Below, piece after piece: positions 10,787 to 19,998 of a stretch of DNA of 64,000 bases. Under the pieces are notes generated by a model, which was not told the DNA's origin, ran no database searches, and saw only the letters and a program-made list of their open reading frames with translations. The DNA lies in the NCBI GenBank assembly GCA_965202805.1, contig OZ241869.1, positions 1,760,001 through 1,824,000 on the forward strand, written 5' to 3'. The DNA is from Longimicrobiales bacterium. GTDB taxonomy: Bacteria > Gemmatimonadota > Gemmatimonadetes > Longimicrobiales > Gaopeijiaceae. Both the position numbers and the translations under genes were made by a program. Numbering within the stretch: position 1 is the first letter of the stretch; every line of letters begins with the position of its first letter.

Positions 10787-12286
10787 TCATCGGGAGACTC
10801 CGTCCTCCCCGTACACGAACCGCTCCACCTCGCCGTGCACGCGCTCGACCGTCTCGGCCGAGGGCCCGGCGGTGCGGGCGGATACGGCGACCGCCACCGC
10901 GAAGTTGGCTGCCAACCCCCAGAGCCCGCCGTGGATGCCCATCGGGTTCGGATCGAGCAGGAGGGACCACCACAGGGTGGCCACGCCGGCGGCCAGCCCC
11001 GCCAGGACTCCCGCCTTGGTCAGCGAGCGGCCGCCCGGGAAGCAGATCCCGAAGATGGCGGGCAGCAGCTGGAGGGCGCCCGAGCCCGAGAGGTTGATGA
11101 TGCTCACCAGCAGGGCGCTCTCCTGGAGCGACAGCCAGTAGGCCACAACCAGCAGCGCCAGCACGATGGCCTGGCCGACGCGCACGTAGTGCTTCTGGCT
11201 GCGGTCGCGCACCAGATAGCGCTGGTACACGTCGCGGGTGAGCACGGTCATGTTGGCGTGCAGGATTGAGTCCAGGGTGGACATGGCGGCGGCCGCCGCG
11301 CCGGCCAGGATCAGGCCGGTGAGCCAGGGGGGCGCGAAGGAGAAGAGCAGCTCCGGAAAGACGCGGTCGGCCTGGGCGAGATCCGGGAGCACCAGTGCCC
11401 CGCCGAGGCCCACCAGCGCCGCCGGGATGTAGAGCGTCATCAGGTAGATGGGCGTGGTGGCCCCCAGCAGCTTGAGCGTCTTGCCGTCCACCGCAGTGTA
11501 GTAGCGGATCATCATGTGGGGCTGGAGGACGATGCCGAACGAAAGCGTGATCACCATCCCCACCCAGATGCCCGGGGTGAACAGCCCTTCCGGGCCGGGG
11601 AGCGTGAGCAACTCGGGACGCTGGTCCGCCACGGCCCGCCACAGCTCGAGCGGCCCCCCGAACAGCTCGAACGAGAGCACCAGCGCGCCCGCCCACACCG
11701 CGACGTACATCCACACGCCCTGCATGACGTCGGTCCAGTAGACGGCCCGCAGCCCGCCGATCGCCAGGTGCACCGCGGCCACCGCCAGCATCACGAACAC
11801 GCCGACCTCGAAGGGAATGCGTCCGTCCGAGGCGACCTCCACGATGTAGCCCAGCGCGAGGGCCTGCACCTGGATGTAGAGGATGGTGAAAACCACCGAG
11901 AACAGCGCGATCGCCACCCGAACCGCCTCGGATTCGTAGAAGTCGGCCAGCATGTCCGCCGGCGTGATGTAGCCGAAGGTCTTGCCCAGCGCCCAGATAC
12001 GGGTGCCGACCACGTAGGTGATGCCTCCGACCAGCACGGTCCACGCCCCGGCGGCCCAGAAGCCGATGCCGTGGGTATAGAAGAACCCGCCCGAACCCAG
12101 GAACGCGAAGGCGGAGTGGAAGGTGGCCACAACCGTGAGGTAGAGAACGACGAACCCGGTGCGCCGTCCGGCCAGAAGGAAGTCCTCCATGTCCACCGAC
12201 ATGTGCCGGTTGGCCACCACGGCCACCCCGAGCGTGATCAGCAGGTAGATGAAGATCAGGCTGGTGGCGACGACCCAGGTCTCCAT
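10787..12286 (-). CDS. Sodium:solute symporter (SSS) family protein
   Basis: DFLLAGR, ATFHSAFAFLG, GGLRAVYWTDVMQG, AAAMSTLDS; about 13 TM segments. Confidence 0.9.
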   Translation of the reverse strand: METWVVATSLIFIYLLITLGVAVVANRHMSVDMEDFLLAGRRTGFVVLYLTVVATFHSAFAFLGSGGFFYTHGIGFWAAGAWTVLVGGITYVVGTRIWALGKTFGYITPADMLADFYESEAVRVAIALFSVVFTILYIQVQALALGYIVEVASDGRIPFEVGVFVMLAVAAVHLAIGGLRAVYWTDVMQGVWMYVAVWAGALVLSFELFGGPLELWRAVADQRPELLTLPGPEGLFTPGIWVGMVITLSFGIVLQPHMMIRYYTAVDGKTLKLLGATTPIYLMTLYIPAALVGLGGALVLPDLAQADRVFPELLFSFAPPWLTGLILAGAAAAAMSTLDSILHANMTVLTRDVYQRYLVRDRSQKHYVRVGQAIVLALLVVAYWLSLQESALLVSIINLSGSGALQLLPAIFGICFPGGRSLTKAGVLAGLAAGVATLWWSLLLDPNPMGIHGGLWGLAANFAVAVAVSARTAGPSAETVERVHGEVERFVYGEDGVSR

Positions 12287-12370
12287 CAGCGGACGACTCC
12301 GGCGTCCGGGTCAGGCGGCGTCGGACCGCGAGGGGACCGGACCTGACGGGCCGAGCAGACTTCGTTCACC

Positions 12371-12604
12371 CTACAACCCCCGCCGGTAGGCCCAGATCAG
12401 CACACAGATGAGCACCGAGTAGACTACGAAGAGGGCGACGTAGAAGAACGGCAGCCCGAGAAAAGTCGGCTCGATCCGGTTGAGCACGCGGTGCGTCACC
12501 GGCGGCATGGCAAGCATGAAGAGCGCTACGAAGGCGACGAGGGCGATCCGCCCGTCGCGGGTGCGCGGCCAGTAATGGCTACGTGGAGGGTCGGGCCTGG
12601 ACAT
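12371..12604 (-). CDS. Small two-TM SSS-associated protein (DUF3311/DUF485-like)
   Basis: 77 aa, NRIEPTFLGLPFFY motif between two TM helices; directly upstream of the SSS gene. Confidence 0.75.
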   Translation of the reverse strand: MSRPDPPRSHYWPRTRDGRIALVAFVALFMLAMPPVTHRVLNRIEPTFLGLPFFYVALFVVYSVLICVLIWAYRRGL

Positions 12605-12657
12605 GGCGGGGAAGATGTTCGCGAGGCATGCGGCGGGCAAGCGCGCGCGTCCGCATC

Positions 12658-13905
12658 TCAGTTCAGCAGCATCGGCTGACCCAGCAGCCTGGCCGGGTCG
12701 GCTCCCGGCCGGGGCACGAACTTCTGCACGTGCCCGCCGTTGTAGGAAGCCACGTACAGGTTGCCCTCCTGGTCCACCGCCGCCTGGTGGGGCAGCACCA
12801 GCCCGCCCGGCCACGGCGGCCGCCCGATCGCCCCCGCCTCGCCGTACGCGCCCCAGGTATCATGCAGGCGCCCGTCGCGGTCGTACTTGAGCAGCCGGTT
12901 CAGGGTCGCGTCCAGCACCCACACGGCGTGGCTCTCATCGATGTAGATGTTCACCGGGTCGAAGATGTCGGGCCATTCCTCGATGAACTCCCCGTCCTCG
13001 GTAAACACCTGAATCCGGCTGTTGCGGCGATCCGCCACGTAGACGCGCCGATCCACATCCACCGCGATGCTGTGCAGCAGGTTGAACTCCCCGGGGCCGT
13101 CCCCCGGAGCACCCCACTCCATCAGGTACTCGCCCTCGGCGCTGAACTTGACCACGCGGGTCTTCCAGTAGCCGTCCGCCACGTAGAAGCTCCCGTCCGG
13201 CAGGAAGGCGATGTCGGCCTGGCGTCCGAACACGTACGGCTCATCGTTGACGCGCGCCTCCACCATGGTCTCCGGGTAGTTCGCCCGCCCGATCTCCATC
13301 ACCAGCTCCCTGCCGTCGTTGGTGAACTTGAAGATCTGCATGCGGCGGTTGTCGATCACCCACACGTGCCGCTCCGGGTCGTAGGGGCTGATGTAGACCG
13401 TGTGCGGCTCCCGCATGATCGAGTCCCACTGGCTCCAGTTCTCAATGATGTTGCCGGTGCGGTCGACCACCACGACGAAGTTGCCGGGGCGCGCCTGCTC
13501 CGCCCACGGCCGGTCGTCGTCGAAGTCCACCGGCAGGTCGCCCCGGGTCACCACGATGATCCGGTCGGGGTTGTCCACCGCCACCCCCGCGACGCGCCCC
13601 CAGGTCCACTCCTCGTCGTGGCTGGCGGCGGCCTTCCACCACCCCTCCACCACCTCGTAGTGGCCGGTGCGGTCGTCGCCTCCCTTCGGGCCTCCGGCAG
13701 CCGCAGCCCCCACGGCGGACGACGCCTCTGGAGCGGGGCTGCAGCCCGCGACGACCGCAAGCAGTGCGATCACGGTCAACAAGCCACGCGATGCCGCCGA
13801 CAAGCCCGGTGATACCGTCAACCTGCGCCCCGACAGGCGCGATCCCCGCGCACCGCTCGAGGGCGGTGGCGAACCCGTTCTCATGACGTCGCCCTCGGGT
13901 CTCAT
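12658..13905 (-). CDS. NHL-repeat beta-propeller, peptidyl-alpha-hydroxyglycine lyase-like lipoprotein
   Basis: NHL blades (YVADGYWKTRVVKF, GEFNLLHSIAVD, YVADRRNSRIQVF, PHQAAVD); lipobox VAGC; GGAGG before ATG 13905. Confidence 0.8.
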   Translation of the reverse strand: MRPEGDVMRTGSPPPSSGARGSRLSGRRLTVSPGLSAASRGLLTVIALLAVVAGCSPAPEASSAVGAAAAGGPKGGDDRTGHYEVVEGWWKAAASHDEEWTWGRVAGVAVDNPDRIIVVTRGDLPVDFDDDRPWAEQARPGNFVVVVDRTGNIIENWSQWDSIMREPHTVYISPYDPERHVWVIDNRRMQIFKFTNDGRELVMEIGRANYPETMVEARVNDEPYVFGRQADIAFLPDGSFYVADGYWKTRVVKFSAEGEYLMEWGAPGDGPGEFNLLHSIAVDVDRRVYVADRRNSRIQVFTEDGEFIEEWPDIFDPVNIYIDESHAVWVLDATLNRLLKYDRDGRLHDTWGAYGEAGAIGRPPWPGGLVLPHQAAVDQEGNLYVASYNGGHVQKFVPRPGADPARLLGQPMLLN

Positions 13906-13945
13906 GAAATCCTCCGCAGGCCGGAATTCTCCCTGCCGGCCCCAT

Positions 13946-13986
13946 GCCGATATGGGAATATGGCTAGCCGATATGGTGATATGGCT
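13946..13986. repeat. Tandem 20-nt direct repeat upstream of the NHL gene
   Basis: GCCGATATGGGAATATGGCT and GCCGATATGGTGATATGGCT, period 21 nt. Confidence 0.75.
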
Positions 13987-14062
13987 CCCAGCGCCCGGCG
14001 GCGAAGCCCGCTCCACGCGCAACCCACCTCGAATGCCCCCGCTCCCTCGCACCGGAAACCGA

Positions 14063-14094
14063 CCGACCCCGGAGCCGGCAAGCCCCGGGGTCGG
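14063..14094 (-). terminator. Hairpin after susD-like gene 1
   Basis: CCGACCCCGG ... CCGGGGTCGG 10-bp inverted repeat; weak U-tract. Confidence 0.5.
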
Positions 14095-14120
14095 CGTGTC
14101 GGAACCTTCGGCCCGTCTCC

Positions 14121-15599
14121 CTAGAAGTTCACGGGCCGGGTGTTCGGATCGCAGAGCGTGCCGCGATCGGCGATGGTCACGTTTTCGTTGAGGTGGAATT
14201 CGTTCTCCGGCATGAGGAAGCGAACCCCGCCCTGCAGCTGATGGCCGCCGCGCAGCGTCGCTCCCACATCCCTCGGGAACCAGAGCAGATCCGGGTTCTG
14301 GAGCTTGGTCATGAAGTAGCGCGCCTCCAGGAAGAGGGCCCGGCGCCGCTCCTCGATGATCATGTAGCGGATCTCCTCGGCGTCCCCGGGATTGGCGTAG
14401 GTCACCAGCGGCAGCCCGTCGGCGGCGCGGAGTTCGTTGACCAGGTCGATCGCCCTCTGGCCGCCCTCGACTTCAGCGCGGATCAGGACCATCTCCTTCC
14501 AGTTGACGAGGGGAATGTCGGCGCCCTCCGCGTCGTACTTCGCGTTGACGAAGGACTCCACCCCGACGCCCTGGATCTCCGCCTCCATGTGCTGCACGCG
14601 CGTGTCGGATACCGCGGCGTCCTCGTCCATCATGCGGTGTTCGCCCGCGGTGCGGATCGGAATGCCGTCGTCCCGGATCGCCCGCCCGTCCGGCAGGATC
14701 CCGAGGTTGAGATACCCGGTGAAGGGGATCACATCGGGCCAGGGCTGGCCGGTCACCGGGTTGGCCGGGCCCTCCCACCAGTCGATCACGTCGTAGAGCT
14801 CGCCGTAGTGAATGAAGGTGCCCGCGTAGTAGGGCTTGTTGCGGCGCACCGGGTCTCCTCCGTCCCGGGTGACGTACGCGGCGAATCCCTGCGGCACCTG
14901 CTGCGCGTCGGCCAGCGCGCCCGAGCCGTCCCCGGACATCCAGCGCACCTGCGCCCGCAGCCCGTAGGCCATCGCCTGGGCGCTCGAGGCGATACCGAAG
15001 GGCATCTCGAAGTCGCCCGAGCTGCCGATCTCGCCGAGCGCCCGCGTGAGACGGTCCTCGGCCATGCCCAGCGTTTCCGCGGGCGTCATCAGAGAACCGC
15101 CGTCGACCGCCATCTCGCACATCGTCGAGCCCATCAGGCTGAAGACGGCTCCCTCGTAGACGGAAGCGATCGCCAGATACCGGGCGCGGTTGGAGACCTG
15201 ATCGGCGGTCCACTCGTTCTCGAGCTTGTCGTGCAGCCCGGCGGCGAAGCTGCGCGCGGTCATGAAGTCGAGGAACCGGAACTCGTAGTTGTACTGGAAG
15301 TGTCCGCAGTCGGTCCCGCCGCTGCAGAGGTAGACTTCACCGCCGTCCTCGCGGCCGTGAATCTCCCATACGTAGTCGTTGTAGGTGTTCTGGAAGTGGG
15401 TGATGATGGTGTTGACCTGGGTTTCGGCCCCGGCGGGGTCGATCAGCGCCTCATCCGTAAGCTGGGCGGGCAGATCGACCTCCAGCACATCGCTGCAGGC
15501 GCCGAGAACCGCGAGCCCGAATCCGGCAATGAGAACGGCGAGCGTGCGCCGCATCCAATGCGCGGTGTGCGCGAAATCAAGGAAGTTCTTCATATTCAT
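14121..15599 (-). CDS. RagB/SusD family outer-membrane lipoprotein
   Basis: Lipobox LGAC; EMVLIRAE, VNELRA, IIEERRRALFLEAR; follows a SusC-like gene. Confidence 0.85.
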   Translation of the reverse strand: MNMKNFLDFAHTAHWMRRTLAVLIAGFGLAVLGACSDVLEVDLPAQLTDEALIDPAGAETQVNTIITHFQNTYNDYVWEIHGREDGGEVYLCSGGTDCGHFQYNYEFRFLDFMTARSFAAGLHDKLENEWTADQVSNRARYLAIASVYEGAVFSLMGSTMCEMAVDGGSLMTPAETLGMAEDRLTRALGEIGSSGDFEMPFGIASSAQAMAYGLRAQVRWMSGDGSGALADAQQVPQGFAAYVTRDGGDPVRRNKPYYAGTFIHYGELYDVIDWWEGPANPVTGQPWPDVIPFTGYLNLGILPDGRAIRDDGIPIRTAGEHRMMDEDAAVSDTRVQHMEAEIQGVGVESFVNAKYDAEGADIPLVNWKEMVLIRAEVEGGQRAIDLVNELRAADGLPLVTYANPGDAEEIRYMIIEERRRALFLEARYFMTKLQNPDLLWFPRDVGATLRGGHQLQGGVRFLMPENEFHLNENVTIADRGTLCDPNTRPVNF

Positions 15600-15631
15600 T
15601 CATCCTCCGACAGTATTCGTTCCCGACAAAC

Positions 15632-18600
15632 TCAGAAGGTGACCCGCATTTCGAGGTGCAGGCTGGTGAGCGGCGCCATGAGCCGGTGGTTGGCGCTCCC
15701 GAAGTCGGATGTGCCCATCTCGGGATCCAGTACCGGAAGACCGGGATTCCCGGCCTGCGTGCCCAGGAAGTTCCCGACCTCCTTCTGCCGCTGCCAGATG
15801 GTCAGCAGCTCGCGGCCCGAGAAGGACAGTGAAGCCCTGTCCGCCCCGATGCGGTTGGCCATGCCTTCCGTGAAGTTGTAGCGGACTCCGACCTCGCGCA
15901 GCTTCCAGAAGTCGGCGTCGAAGTACCCCCAGGTGGCCTGGGAACGATACCGGTCGCCCGCGATCCAGACCGGGTCGCACTCGCAGCGGGAGTCGTAGCT
16001 GTTGTTGTAGCGGTGCCCCCACTCCTGGGCGCCGTCCAGCCCGACCTTGCCGTAGCCGCCGTCCGCCAGGATGTGGATGGAAACCGCGTTGTCCAGAAGA
16101 CTGATGCTCGGGTTGACGGAGAACCTGTACGGGAAGAAGGCCGGCCCCGCCATGATGTTGTATCCGGCGTCGCCGCACGGAACCACGGGACCGCCGAGGA
16201 TCACGCCGTACTGGTCGGTGGGCCCGGTGCCGGAGGGAACCGTGGCCGGGGTTCCATCGGGACCCACGATGATGCCCGCGTCACACATGGCGCTGACGTT
16301 CTCGCCGTACGCGTTGCGGACGGGACCGTTGGGGTCGAACTGGGCCGACATCACGTAGTACCGGGGTTCGGAGTAGTTCGGATACGGCAGTCCGATCCGG
16401 ATCTCGCGAGTGCCCGCGAAGCTCCCCAGGTCCTTGATCCGGTTCATGACGTAGGATCCGGTGAGGCCCAGGTTGATGGAGACGCCGGGTCGCTCGTACA
16501 GCCGGGTGTTGACCGAAGCCTCCCACCCCCAGTTGTCGATGCGGCCCAGGTTGCGCTGGGTGAACCCGCCGAAACCGAGGCTGGGCGGGAGCGGCACGGC
16601 CAGCAGCGCGTCCTCGTTCTTCTGGTCGAAGTAGGTGAATTCGGCCGAGACCCGGTCGTCCAGCAGCGCGACGTCGAACCCGACTTCGAGCTCGGTGCTG
16701 CGCTCGGGGCCCACCGCCGGGTTGCCCGGGTTGCTCGGATCGAGGGCCGTGGTCCCGCCGGCCCCGGGGATGACGCTGTACTGGTTGGTGCCGGCGAAGG
16801 CGTCCGGCTGGCGGCCCGCCTGGCCCCACGCGCCCCGCAGGCGGAACGAGTTGACCATGTCGAAGTTCCAGAAGCTCTCCTCGGACATGACCCATGTGGC
16901 CGAGACCTTGGGATAGGTCTCCGGCTCGAGCTCGGCGCCGAAGGCCGAGTTGTCGTCGAAGCGCACGGCGCCGGTCAGGAACAGGCGGTCGTTGTAGCTG
17001 AACTCCTCCTGCACATAGAACCCGATGGACTTGTTTTCGATGTACTCGAAGTTGAGGTCCGCGCTCGCGGGCGGCGTCTGGTTTACGGTGCGCGAGAAGG
17101 GAGAGGCGAATCCGCGTCCGGTCGTGCCCAGCTCCGAGAGACGCTCGAAATAGTACTGCGCACCGACCGAGGTTGCGCTGCCCCAGGAGTCGGTCACCGG
17201 CAATCTGGCGGTCGCGGACCAGTCCGCGGTGAAGTTGGTGGTGACCGGCCTCTCGAGAACGACGAGCCCGGACGCGGTCTCCTCGTACACCGGCGACAGC
17301 TGAACCTCCAGCGGCCAGAGCACGTTGTTCTCGTCCCAGCCCTTGTCGAGCCCGACCACGACCCGCGACGAGAGCCAGTCGCCGGTGGTGAAGTTCAGGG
17401 TCCCGCTTCCGGTGAAGCGGCTGAACTCACGCGTCGCCTCCAGCTTGGCCACGTCGGAGGGGAGATGCTCCTGGAAGCCCATCAGCCTGGCGCAGGCGTT
17501 GCGCCCGTTGATGCGCGGATAGCAGAAGCCGTTGCCCCAGGCCAGGTCCTCCCAGATGCCTCCGTCGCCGTCCGCGGGCGAGAGGAACCTCGTCTTGCCG
17601 TCCACATATCCCGTGGAGACGTCGAGCGAGAAGTTCTCCGAGAAGACGACGCCGATGTTGGCGCGCAGACGCAGCGCCTTGTTCCAGTTGTAGTAGGTGA
17701 TGCCTTCGTCGTTGTCGTAGTTGCCGGAGAGGAAGTAGCGGTAGTTCTGGGTTCCCCCGCGAACGCCCAGGTTGTAGCTCTGGCTGAGCCCGCTCTGGAA
17801 CAGCTCGTCCTGCGGCCACGGGAAGGCCCCCTGGTCGATCAGGACGTTGGACTCCTCGTAGGCGTTGTAGGGCACCAGCCCCTCGCCCTCGCGGCAAGGC
17901 GGATCGAAGCTCCCCTGGCAGGTCCACTTGGTCCCGATTCTCGATGCCGGATCGCGCAGGTAGTTGGTCCCCATGCGTATCGAGGCGTCGAACTGTGCCT
18001 CGCCCTCGGCGCCCCGCTTGGTGATGATCTGGATCACGCCGGCGGATGCCTCGGTTCCGTACAGCGTCGCCGCCGCCGGTCCCTTGATGATCTCGATGCT
18101 CTCGATGTCCTGGGGATTGAAGTCGTTGAGGACGTTGACCTCACGCTCATTCCCCAGATCGGGCCCGGCCTGGGAGTTGTTGTTCACCCGCACGCCGTCG
18201 ACGTAGATGAGCGGGTTGGAGCCGAGATTGAAGCTCCCGGTGCCCCGCACCTCGATAGCCGAGCCTGTGCCGACGTTGCCGCCCGCCCGGGCGAACTGGA
18301 CTCCGGGAGTCCGCGCGGTCAGCAGGTCCTGCATGTTGAGGACGGCGACCTCCTGGGTGACCTGCGCCGCCTCGAGGGTGGCGACCGCGTTTCCGATCGC
18401 GCGCCGCTGGGTGCCTCCGGGCGTCCCGGTCACGATGATCTCGTCGAGCCCGAGAGCTTCCTCGGTGAGCTGAAAGTCCAGCAGGGTGGTCTCGTCCGCG
18501 GTCACCGTCACTTCCAGGGTGACGGACGTGTAGCCGATCCGCTGGGCCGCGACCGAGTGCGTTCCGGCAGGCACGCCCGCCAACAGATAGCGTCCGTTCT

Positions 18601-18778
18601 GCTGGGTCAGGGCGCCGATGCCGGGTTCGGCGATGAAGACCTGCACTGCGGCGAGCGGCTCGCCGGTCTGCCGGTCGGTTACCGTTCCCGTCAGGGTCGC
18701 CTGCTGTGCATGCGCGTCCGACACAAGCAGCAGGCAGGCCACCGCGGACAGGGGAATAAGACAAAGTCGTCGAAGCAT
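15632..18778 (-). CDS. SusC/RagA-like TonB-dependent receptor
   Basis: Signal peptide, carboxypeptidase-like N-domain, LDEIIVTG, PLIYVDGV, IEIIKGPAAATLYG, C-terminal Phe; GGAGGAG before ATG 18778. Confidence 0.93.
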   Translation of the reverse strand: MLRRLCLIPLSAVACLLLVSDAHAQQATLTGTVTDRQTGEPLAAVQVFIAEPGIGALTQQNGRYLLAGVPAGTHSVAAQRIGYTSVTLEVTVTADETTLLDFQLTEEALGLDEIIVTGTPGGTQRRAIGNAVATLEAAQVTQEVAVLNMQDLLTARTPGVQFARAGGNVGTGSAIEVRGTGSFNLGSNPLIYVDGVRVNNNSQAGPDLGNEREVNVLNDFNPQDIESIEIIKGPAAATLYGTEASAGVIQIITKRGAEGEAQFDASIRMGTNYLRDPASRIGTKWTCQGSFDPPCREGEGLVPYNAYEESNVLIDQGAFPWPQDELFQSGLSQSYNLGVRGGTQNYRYFLSGNYDNDEGITYYNWNKALRLRANIGVVFSENFSLDVSTGYVDGKTRFLSPADGDGGIWEDLAWGNGFCYPRINGRNACARLMGFQEHLPSDVAKLEATREFSRFTGSGTLNFTTGDWLSSRVVVGLDKGWDENNVLWPLEVQLSPVYEETASGLVVLERPVTTNFTADWSATARLPVTDSWGSATSVGAQYYFERLSELGTTGRGFASPFSRTVNQTPPASADLNFEYIENKSIGFYVQEEFSYNDRLFLTGAVRFDDNSAFGAELEPETYPKVSATWVMSEESFWNFDMVNSFRLRGAWGQAGRQPDAFAGTNQYSVIPGAGGTTALDPSNPGNPAVGPERSTELEVGFDVALLDDRVSAEFTYFDQKNEDALLAVPLPPSLGFGGFTQRNLGRIDNWGWEASVNTRLYERPGVSINLGLTGSYVMNRIKDLGSFAGTREIRIGLPYPNYSEPRYYVMSAQFDPNGPVRNAYGENVSAMCDAGIIVGPDGTPATVPSGTGPTDQYGVILGGPVVPCGDAGYNIMAGPAFFPYRFSVNPSISLLDNAVSIHILADGGYGKVGLDGAQEWGHRYNNSYDSRCECDPVWIAGDRYRSQATWGYFDADFWKLREVGVRYNFTEGMANRIGADRASLSFSGRELLTIWQRQKEVGNFLGTQAGNPGLPVLDPEMGTSDFGSANHRLMAPLTSLHLEMRVTF

Positions 18779-19004
18779 GGCTCCTCCAGGGTGGAAGATG
18801 GCTGGGGACGCGCCACGGCGAGACTGGATCCGAGGCGGCGCCAGGCGGGAAGAAGGCACGAGAAAAAGCGCTCCGCAAGGTGGGTCACACGAGACACGCC
18901 GCAGGCGAGGGAAACAGGCAGCGCTACCGGTCCCGGCGACTCCGGCAGCGGATTTCCTCCGGCAGTCCGCGAGTCGCGATCGTTGATGCGGATCGCCCTT
19001 CTGA

Positions 19005-19033
19005 CTGATACGGAGCGGGGTTCCGCGTGTCAA
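19005..19033 (-). promoter_or_regulatory. Probable sigma70 promoter of susC-like gene 1
   Basis: TTGACA (19033-19028), 17 nt, TATCAG on the minus strand. Confidence 0.5.
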
Positions 19034-19082
19034 ACGGCAGGGTTTTCGGGGGTTGCGCGCCCCGTCGGCGGGAGGTGCGAGG

Positions 19083-19793
19083 TCAGCCCGGACCCGATCG
19101 GGTCTCGATATGGATGGAGCCGTCCGCGGATCCCTGAAGGAAGCCAGAGGCCGGACCGCGCAGCACCCGGATGTTGCGGACATCCCGTGCCGGGATCTGG
19201 CTGAGCACCTCCATCGCCGGACCGAAGGTCCCGATCCGCACGCCGTCCAGAAACACCGCCGGCTCGCCGGCGAGCCCGAAGGTCCCGGTCCCGCGCAGAC
19301 GCACCGGATTCGTGTTCAGGCCCAGGTTCCCGGAGTTCGGGTTCATGTCCAGAACCTTGCGGGCCACCAGTTCGGCGGCGGTTCTGGCGTCGCTCACGGC
19401 GCCGGGCGGGGTCACGAGCTCACCCAGGATGACGTCGGCCCTGGGCATCATGACCTGCATGTAGAGGATGACGTCCCGCACCACCTCCACCTGCTCCACC
19501 ACCACCGGATATCCCGGCGCCTCGATGCGCACGGCCAGCGAGCCGAGCGGCACGCCCTCGAACGAGAATGTGCCGTCTCCCGCGGTCACCGCCTCGAACT
19601 CCGTGCCCACCACCGTGACTCTGGCCGAGTCGATGAGCGACATGGTGGCCTGGTCGGCGACCACCCCGTGGAGCGGCCTCTGGGCCACGACCACAGCTGG
19701 CGTGAGCCCCACTCCCTGCAATGCGGCCAGGACGACGAATGCCGCCCGCGATCGGGAAACGAATGCACCTGGTGGGCAGGAAAACGGATTCAA
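19083..19793 (-). CDS. Carboxypeptidase-like domain + TonB plug domain protein, no beta-barrel
   Basis: Signal peptide ending VVAQ, DGTFSFEGVP, then LRG..EPAVFLDGV..IRVLRGPAS..GSIHIET; ends right after the plug. Confidence 0.75.
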   Translation of the reverse strand: MNPFSCPPGAFVSRSRAAFVVLAALQGVGLTPAVVVAQRPLHGVVADQATMSLIDSARVTVVGTEFEAVTAGDGTFSFEGVPLGSLAVRIEAPGYPVVVEQVEVVRDVILYMQVMMPRADVILGELVTPPGAVSDARTAAELVARKVLDMNPNSGNLGLNTNPVRLRGTGTFGLAGEPAVFLDGVRIGTFGPAMEVLSQIPARDVRNIRVLRGPASGFLQGSADGSIHIETRSGPG

Positions 19794-19998
19794 TGAAGCC
19801 CCCCGCGGACCGTTTTGCCTGTTGCTGGATTAAGAACATATGCGTCTCGGCGCGGTTGCGCCTTACTCGAGCCCGCGGAAGCGTTCCCGGGCCGACGCAC
19901 AGCCACCCGCTGGAAGCGATGTCCGTCCCATGCGATCCACAGACAGGCCTGGAACGATGCCGGAGGCCGGCGGGCATCAGCCCCCCGGCAGCCCGCGC

